Below the pieces are notes generated by a model. That model made no database searches. It was given only the letters and a program-made list of their open reading frames with translations, and was not told where the DNA came from. The translations under genes and the position numbers were made by a program. Of a DNA stretch of 48,523 nucleotides, positions 39,646 through 48,523 are shown in pieces; the stretch's first letter is position 1, and the number at the start of each line of letters is the position of its first letter. The DNA is taken from positions 1 to 48,523 of the forward strand of contig JANRLW010000107.1 of assembly GCA_033762295.1 (NCBI GenBank), written 5' to 3'. Origin of the DNA: Capsulimonadales bacterium. Its GTDB lineage: Bacteria; Armatimonadota; Armatimonadia; Armatimonadales; Armatimonadaceae.

Positions 39646-40041
39646 ATGGCGGACCTTTCGGAGGAGGCGGAGGCCGAGTGGTACCCTTATGAGGGGGGTC
39701 GAACGATCCATCAACTCGGCGGACAGGGCGGCTATATCCTGGAGGATGAGGAGTTCGGCGATCCGTCCGACCCGGAGGCGGCGGACGCCCGGCTGACCCT
39801 GGAGCAGGGGCGGGCGGAGGAGCCGGGCTTCTTTCTGACGGCGGCGGTTTACGGGTGGATGCTGGTCACGGTCCGGCGTGAAACGCGGGGGGAGGCCGAC
39901 GCCGCCTATCGCGCCATGCGGGCGGAATTGACGCGTCTGGCCGCCCTGCTCCCCTACGAGGAGGACGGACCGCGCCAGATCGACCTCAAGGCACGGGAAC
40001 TGACCGAAGCCGTCGCGGCGTTCGAAATTCGGTTTTCCTGA
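39646..40041 (+). CDS. Hypothetical acidic protein
   Basis: GAGG RBS, TATAAT upstream, host-like codon usage. Confidence 0.7.
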   Translation: MADLSEEAEAEWYPYEGGRTIHQLGGQGGYILEDEEFGDPSDPEAADARLTLEQGRAEEPGFFLTAAVYGWMLVTVRRETRGEADAAYRAMRAELTRLAALLPYEEDGPRQIDLKARELTEAVAAFEIRFS

Positions 40042-40083
40042 GCATATGCATATATGGATATCGACGGAGAACGGAGGCGGCGG

Positions 40084-40680
40084 ATGACGCGGTTTTTGAA
40101 GGCGGCGGAGATCGGGACGGGCGGCGCGATGACCCTGCCGGGGCGTTATTACACGGACCCCGACCTGTTCCGGCAGGAGACCGAACGGATTTTTCTCCGG
40201 GAGTGGATCTGCGCCGGGCGGGAGGAGCGGATTCCGGAACCCGGAGACTACTTCGTCCGGAACCTCGGCACGGAAAGCGTCCTGGTGGTGCGGGATACGG
40301 CAGGCGAGATACGTGCCTTTCACAACGTCTGCCGCCACCGAGGGGCGCGTCTCTGCACCGAGGAGGGAGGCCGATTCTCCCGTCACATCCGCTGCCCGTA
40401 TCACGCCTGGGCCTACGCCCTGGACGGATGCCTGGTCGGCGCGGCCTCGATGAAGGACGCTCCGGGGTTTGACCTGGCCGACTATCCCCTGCTGCCGGTT
40501 TCCGTCGCCCGCTGGGAAGGGTTCCTCTTCCTCTCCCTGTCCGATTCGCCGGAACCGTTCGAACAAACCCACGCGCCTTTGATCGGGCGGTTTGCGCGTT
40601 ACCGGATGCCGACCCTGCAAATGGCGCGACGTATCGTCTATGACCTCATAGACGATACTCGCTTTTGCTTCGGCGAATGA
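40084..40680 (+). pseudogene. Rieske oxygenase alpha subunit (choline monooxygenase-like), 5' fragment
   Basis: CRHRG and CPYHAW Rieske ligands; family similarity ends at RIVYD (about 40644), then a stop soon follows. Confidence 0.9.
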
Positions 40681-40918
40681 ACTGCAGGAGATCTGTACGG
40701 CTGTGTGCCTGGACCTGGGAATAAAGGAGAGTGCGCCGGAAGATATCTGGCGGGAGCGCGAAACGTTATTCGATTGTTTTGCCGAACAGTTCTGTCGCAG
40801 AAGATACGGTCGGATCGGCGCTCGCATCGGATGTGCGCCTGGTCGTGATGAGTGGATTTTCTGCAGTGGTCAGAATGAGATTTGCATACCGGGAAATGTG
40901 GAAGAAGGGTGGTATTAA
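40659..40918 (+). pseudogene. Possible 3' remnant of a foreign gene at the left edge of the insert
   Basis: Open frame from the junction to TAA 40918 (LAFASANELQEICTAVCLDLG...EEGWY) with no convincing start. Confidence 0.4.
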
Positions 40919-41018
40919 ACGTCTCCTCACCCGCGTGCAATTCGCGTGCAATGACGATGCCCCCGAGCATCCTTCTGTGGAAATAGCATCTATCGTGGCG
41001 AAGAAGGGAAGTAAAGCC

Positions 41019-42101
41019 ATGTTGGGCGATAATACGGCGATCGTTTCAAAGGAGGATGTCACCTCCTCGCAATTCCTTCTACAGTCCTTACTCCAGTGGC
41101 CAATTGATTCTATTGGAGAAATCAATGTTCTTCGACACCACGATTCCATTGTCGTAAGTCGACTCAAGCTAATAAGTCACGATCCGATGGTACCTTCCTC
41201 GGTAATCGTCAAGGTTGCCCCCTGCACACGAAAGGAAGCAAAATGGGGCGTATCGGAGACGCAGATACGATTGTTTGAACAACACGCTCCGTTGCCAAAA
41301 ACATACTGGTCGGGAAAAATGCCAGATAACGAGTCCTGGCTACAGATCGAGGAAGACCTTGCAACGACCTGCCGATTGTTCGCGTATGACGATACCTTTT
41401 CCGTTGACCAGATGCTGGCTGTAACGGAAGCGGTCGCCAAATTCCATGTTGCAGGCATCCAACTCGGAGCCGTTACCTTTGCCCGGACCTGTCCCTGGAT
41501 CGTCCGCGAACCGCTCTGTTCGGTGAACGGTGACTGGGTTGTGGGTCTGGCCCGACGTGCCCGCGCCTCAGCGGTTGGCTACGGCAATGATAGGGTACTT
41601 CGTACGATTGAAGCCGTTGGCGAACGATATGATGCCTGGCTTCGGCTGCTCGATAGATGGACAACCATCGTTCACGGCGATATCTTTGCGCGGAACGTCG
41701 CGATTGGTGAGGATAAGGACGGCAAGCTGCAGGGGCGGTTGTTGGACCTGGACGCGGCAATGCAGGGGCTGCCACAATACGACCTGGAGTATATGACGAT
41801 GCGGGATTGGCGCACCGATGCTGATTGGGATGCGTTGAAAAGACATCATTGTGAAACAGCGCAACGACTATTGCCCGATGTTTTCGACGATGAAGAACTC
41901 TGGTGGTGGGGCTATCGATTGGCTCGAATTCAACTGATGCTTATTGGAACCAACAGTTTTCTGGAACGACAGGAGCGGCTCTCACGGGGAGAAGTGCTGA
42001 GCGAGGGCGAGCGACGGCGCATCCGAGCCATCGACCAGCTGTTCGATAACGATTTTGTTGATGCCTGCCAATCCGCCTTACGCGAGGATCCTGTCCGATG
42101 A
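41019..42101 (+). CDS. APH/choline-kinase-family phosphotransferase
   Basis: VIVK, HGDIFARNV (HGDxxxxN), LLDLD, GLPQYDL; AAGGGA RBS before ATG 41019. Confidence 0.85.
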   Translation: MLGDNTAIVSKEDVTSSQFLLQSLLQWPIDSIGEINVLRHHDSIVVSRLKLISHDPMVPSSVIVKVAPCTRKEAKWGVSETQIRLFEQHAPLPKTYWSGKMPDNESWLQIEEDLATTCRLFAYDDTFSVDQMLAVTEAVAKFHVAGIQLGAVTFARTCPWIVREPLCSVNGDWVVGLARRARASAVGYGNDRVLRTIEAVGERYDAWLRLLDRWTTIVHGDIFARNVAIGEDKDGKLQGRLLDLDAAMQGLPQYDLEYMTMRDWRTDADWDALKRHHCETAQRLLPDVFDDEELWWWGYRLARIQLMLIGTNSFLERQERLSRGEVLSEGERRRIRAIDQLFDNDFVDACQSALREDPVR

Positions 42102-42585
42102 GTGAGATATCGCCCAAAGCTCGGGGGTGGGACATGTGGCTGAAAGCAATATCCCTTCGGGGCGGAAGGGTGCGCGTTATCGGCTCCTGCATGTCGCCTC
42201 TTATCGAGACCGATCAAATTGTCGCGATTTCCCCGCTGCGGCACGCGTTCCCGAAGTCGGCGAAATAATCTATTACCTTGACGGGAGGGGGCGGCGAGTT
42301 CTTCATCGCGTGCTGGCCCGTACTGTCTATCAAGGAAAGTGGTTGTTTCTCCTGACATCAGACAACCGACAGACCATAGAAATTATCGGGGAAGATTCGC
42401 TTGTGGGAGCGTTGAGGGCCGACGACTCAACCGATGGATTTCCGATCGACTACTTCAGGAAATGGCATTGCAACCATGCTGTCTCCTGCTTTGTCGCAAA
42501 CGGCATCCTTGTAGCGCCGCGCCCTTCGATCTTCGCTAAAGTCTGTATCCGGATGTTGCGAATTTTTGCGCCATACGAAAGGTGA
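42098..42585 (+). pseudogene. S24/S26-like peptidase, frameshifted
   Basis: ATGA-coupled start at 42098 gives RVIGSCMSPLIETDQIV (stop 42268). The -1 frame continues VGEIIYY..VLHRV..LTSDN..LVG. Confidence 0.65.
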
Positions 42586-42607
42586 CAGTTGCGAAAGGAG
42601 AATTACT

Positions 42608-42705
42608 ATGCTCAAACCGTCAAAGATTGGTTCGAGATTTTGGGCGCGAAGTTCCGATCTCCTCGTGTTGGTCCCCGTTGATCGCAAGAACCGGCCCGGC
42701 GTCCC
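42608..42705 (+). pseudogene. 5' fragment of a possible PqqD/RRE-family protein
   Basis: Strong RBS GAAAGGAG; MLKPSKIGSRFWARSSDLLVLVPVDRKNRPGV resembles the PqqD 'R.....+LVP+' N-terminus; cut at the junction. Confidence 0.4.
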
Positions 42706-43017
42706 GTCTTCCCGAATCTCCTCCTCAGCCTGCACCCGGACTATGTCATGGCGCACACCCTCTGGGCGCAATCTCCGGATCGAACCAGAATCGAATGCGA
42801 ATGGCTTTTTCATCCCGAAGCGGCGACGCACTCCGGGTTTGCTCCGGACGACGGCGTCGCGTTCTGGGATCGGGTCAACCGGGAGGACTGGGAGGTCTGC
42901 GAGCGGAGCCAGCAGGGGGTCTCCTCCCGCGCCTATGTTCCCGGCCCCTATTCGCCTCGCGAGAGCCTTTCCGCCGCGTTCGATCGCGAGTACCTCCGCC
43001 GCCTCGACCGTCCCTGA
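42706..43017 (+). pseudogene. Rieske oxygenase alpha subunit, 3' fragment
   Basis: VFPNLLLSLHPDYVMAHTLW...FWDRVNREDWEVCERSQQGVSSRAYVPGPYSPRE. Confidence 0.9.
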
Positions 43018-43269
43018 ACGGCAGGTCCGAAAGTCCCTGTGCGATCGAAGCGGCAGGGACGATCGTCCCTTACCGAATCCGTCCGATCACGGCATAATCA
43101 TAAGCGTAACAACGATAAATCATACGGCTGACCGGAATAATCCAATACAGGTAACTCCGCACCGTTTAAACAGGTAACTCAATTCACGCGTTCTCGGCAG
43201 GAGCTACGGCTCAAAGCGAACGCTCTCCCCTGCGGATAGAGCGACGCTTCCCCGCACGAAAAGGAAAAG

Positions 43270-43306
43270 GAAAACCCGCCCTCGGTTCGAGGGCGGGTTT
43301 TCTTTT
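43270..43306. terminator. Bidirectional rho-independent terminator (katG 3' end)
   Basis: GAAAACCCGCCCTCG-GTT-CGAGGGCGGGTTTTC-TTTT with A-tracts on the left side. Confidence 0.85.
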
Positions 43307-43329
43307 GTCGGGCCGCTCCGGCGGACCTG

Positions 43330-46223
<2,894 letters not shown>

Positions 46224-46262
46224 CAGTTGCTCCCCGGTGACGGGCATACGGCATCCGTAACC

Positions 46263-46293
46263 AGATTAGCGTACAATCTGGAATTAGTCAAGA
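46263..46293 (-). promoter_or_regulatory. furA promoter with overlapping palindromic operator
   Basis: TTGACT-n17-TAATCT on minus; imperfect palindrome TCTTGACTAATTCCAGA (46277-46293) covers the -35. Confidence 0.75.
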
Positions 46294-46436
46294 ATAGGAA
46301 TCAATCCATTTAACGACCCGATCCAATACCGGTAATTTTCGGGAGAGAACGCCTCCGTCCGGGAAGCGCGTCGGAAACGACCGCCGATTCGGAGGTCGTG
46401 ACGGGGGGTGGTTTCTTCCCCGACGCCGGGCGATAC

Positions 46437-48260
46437 TTACAGTACCCGGTTTTTGCCCTGGGCCTTGGCGTTATAAAGGCGTTTGTCCGCAAGTACAAGT
46501 ATTCGCTCGTTTTCCGTCGGCTTGCCGTCCACGGGGCGGTACTCCTCGGTGGAGTCCGCGATGCCGATGCTCGTGGTTACCCCGAGCAACGGATGAATCT
46601 CCGACCAGTCGTACGCGGCGATTACCGCACGGATTCGTTCGCAGATCGGCGCCGCGTCGGAACGGCGCATTTCCGGAAGGGCGACGACGAACTCCTCGCC
46701 ACCGTACCGCACGACGATATCGGAGTCACGAACGCAGCTGCGGATCAGTCGGGCGGTCGTCTTCAGCACCTCATCGCCGACGCTGTGCGAAAAGCGATCG
46801 TTAATCTGCTTGAAGTTATCCAGATCGAGCAAGGCCACGGTCAGGCAGACCGGTTCGTGGACGGTCTCCGGCAGTGTGCGGGCCAGGTACTCCCGGAGAT
46901 ATCGCCGGTTGTACAGGCCGGTGAGCGGGTCGGTGATCGCCAGTTCCGCCAGACGCTGCGCCTGTTCCTGAACGCGCCGCAGCAGTATCTCCTTTTCACG
47001 GTTGGCATCGGCCAGTTCCACGGTTCTCAAACGGTGGATCTCGGCCTCCTGCCGGGCGCGTTCGACCTCCATCTGGGCGATCTGCGCCGCCAGACGGTTC
47101 TTCAGGCTCTCCGTCCGCAACGACTTCTCGGCCTCATGGTAACGGATATGCGATTCCAACGCCTTCTCGAAATCACCACGGGCCGCATACATTCGGGACA
47201 AAGCCAGGTTCAAATCGCGGATGTCCTGCGTCTGACGCCTGTTCGAGGCGGCGTCCAGACCTGTCTGCAGGTAATATTCCGATCGCTCGAAGTCACCGGC
47301 CAGCCTCCTCAGATCGCCCAGACTCCCGTAGATACGGGCGACGCTCCGCCCGGATTCGGAGTTTTCCGCCATCTCCAGAGCGGCCAGCAAGCGTCGCTCG
47401 GCCTGCGCGCACTCGCCCCGATCCTTCTCCAGCCCGGCGATAATTACGAGAGCGTTGATTTCGTGGTGAACATTCCCCAGATCCCGCGCGGTTTCCGCTG
47501 CCCGATGGGCGGTCCGCATCGCCTCCTCCGGGCGATCGACGGCCGCAAGGGCGCTCGCCAGCACTTCCAGCGTGAACGGTTCATAAACGCGCGCGCCGAT
47601 CGAACGGGAAACCTCCAGACTGCGTTCCAGGTAGGCGATCGCCCTATCCGGCTCTCCGTTTTCCAGCTTCAGGTGTCCGATGTTGGTCAGGGCGAGGGCT
47701 TCGTTGACCGGCGACTCCAGGCGGCGCGCCTGCTGCAGCGCATCGAAAAAACAGGAGACGGCATCCGGAATATCGCCCATTTCCGCCAGGAAAGCGCCCA
47801 GATTGATCAGTCCGGTCATCAATCCGGCTTCATCCCCGATGACCCGACGCAGGTGGTTGGCCTGATGTATCAGTTCGAGCGCCTGAGCGAACTCGCCCCG
47901 GTAGTAGCGGACGTTGGCCAATCCGTGAAGGCACTGGGACTCCAGGCGACGGTCTGCCAGTCGAACGGAGAGTTCGCGTGCCGTCCGGAAGTCGTCGGCC
48001 GCCTTCTCGAGGTCGCCCATCGCCCCGTGGGCCATGGCCCGTGTCCTCAGGGCGCGGGCGTACCAGGTGGAATCCTCCGCCACCTGCAGGAGAATCTCCT
48101 CGACAAGAAGCAGCGTTTTCGCCGGATCGGACGCCATCAGCAGGTCCGCCTGTGCGATCCGGCGTTCCCACTCCTCCGGGGATACGATTTCCTCTCTGTC
48201 TTTCGGAGGCAGCACTACCTTTTCTCCCATATCGCCTTCCGGGGTGGCCGACCCCACCAT
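46437..48260 (-). CDS. TPR-repeat diguanylate cyclase
   Basis: TPR array; TDPLTGLYNRR, DLDNFKQINDRFSHSVGD, RDSD I-site, RYGGEEF. Confidence 0.93.
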   Translation of the reverse strand: MVGSATPEGDMGEKVVLPPKDREEIVSPEEWERRIAQADLLMASDPAKTLLLVEEILLQVAEDSTWYARALRTRAMAHGAMGDLEKAADDFRTARELSVRLADRRLESQCLHGLANVRYYRGEFAQALELIHQANHLRRVIGDEAGLMTGLINLGAFLAEMGDIPDAVSCFFDALQQARRLESPVNEALALTNIGHLKLENGEPDRAIAYLERSLEVSRSIGARVYEPFTLEVLASALAAVDRPEEAMRTAHRAAETARDLGNVHHEINALVIIAGLEKDRGECAQAERRLLAALEMAENSESGRSVARIYGSLGDLRRLAGDFERSEYYLQTGLDAASNRRQTQDIRDLNLALSRMYAARGDFEKALESHIRYHEAEKSLRTESLKNRLAAQIAQMEVERARQEAEIHRLRTVELADANREKEILLRRVQEQAQRLAELAITDPLTGLYNRRYLREYLARTLPETVHEPVCLTVALLDLDNFKQINDRFSHSVGDEVLKTTARLIRSCVRDSDIVVRYGGEEFVVALPEMRRSDAAPICERIRAVIAAYDWSEIHPLLGVTTSIGIADSTEEYRPVDGKPTENERILVLADKRLYNAKAQGKNRVL

Positions 48261-48419
48261 CGGTTACCGTGCCGGGTCCACCTTCCCTCCTTAAACTATC
48301 GGACAGCGGCGGACGTTTCCGGACGTTTGACGGCGATGACGGCCATTCTCGGAGGATTTCGTCGAGGGGCATCGAGCAGTGGCGCGTGTCGGAGGATGCG
48401 AAGAGTTTCGTGGAGAAGG

Positions 48420-48506
48420 CGGAGGGGACAGGACTCGAACCCGCACACGGTTTCACCCGTGAGACCGCTTTCAAGGCGGTTGCGATACCATTCCGCTCAC
48501 CCCTCC
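48420..48506 (-). tRNA. tRNA-Ser(UGA)
   Basis: Acceptor GGAGGGG/CCCCTCC + G73; anticodon arm ACCGC-CTTGAAA-GCGGT; long variable arm; GGTTCGAGTCC; CCA not encoded. Confidence 0.92.
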
Positions 48507-48523
48507 CGGCCCATCCAGTATAC

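Noticed and set aside
40731..41018. N-terminal extension of the kinase ORF from 40731
   Set aside because: It overlaps the remnant ORF in another frame, and a better RBS and ATG occur at 41019.
40645..42705. Intron, intein or IS explanation for the Rieske interruption
   Set aside because: There is no transposase, maturase or homing nuclease and no terminal repeats. Host coding sequence is missing, so excision or splicing could not restore the gene.
48420..48506. tRNA-Sec or tRNA as island attachment site
   Set aside because: The anticodon is TGA, not TCA, and the fold is 7/5. No integrase or duplicated tRNA 3' end was noticed in the window.

Overview
High-GC bacterial chromosomal segment. 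It is most likely Armatimonadota, inferred from the DUF1559 prepilin-like proteins with the '[23 protein letters not shown]' signature and the planctomycete-like DUF1549/1553 and DUF1501 genes. Most of it is housekeeping or accessory metabolism: an APC transporter, glnD, a peptidase T-like gene, a NUDIX hydrolase, polX, tsaE-tsaB, gcvT-gcvH-gcvPA (no gcvPB), wrbA, tmk, a TMEM175 channel, furA-katG, two GGDEF proteins and tRNA-Ser(UGA). Three things stand out. (1) A Rieske oxygenase gene has lost its catalytic middle to about 2 kb of AT-richer DNA. That insert looks like a fragment of a RiPP-type cassette (kinase, frameshifted S26-like peptidase with Cys at the nucleophile position, truncated PqqD/RRE-like gene) and has a perfect 13-bp fold-back at its left junction. 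(2) Two tandem DUF1559 genes are each preceded by four YTTAA units at exact 11-bp spacing (Pho-box-like) and head a DUF1553/DUF1501 locus that is split by foreign cargo. (3) A secreted protein carries a very long Gly/Phe-rich low-complexity insert. All calls come from motif recognition by eye; no searches were run.
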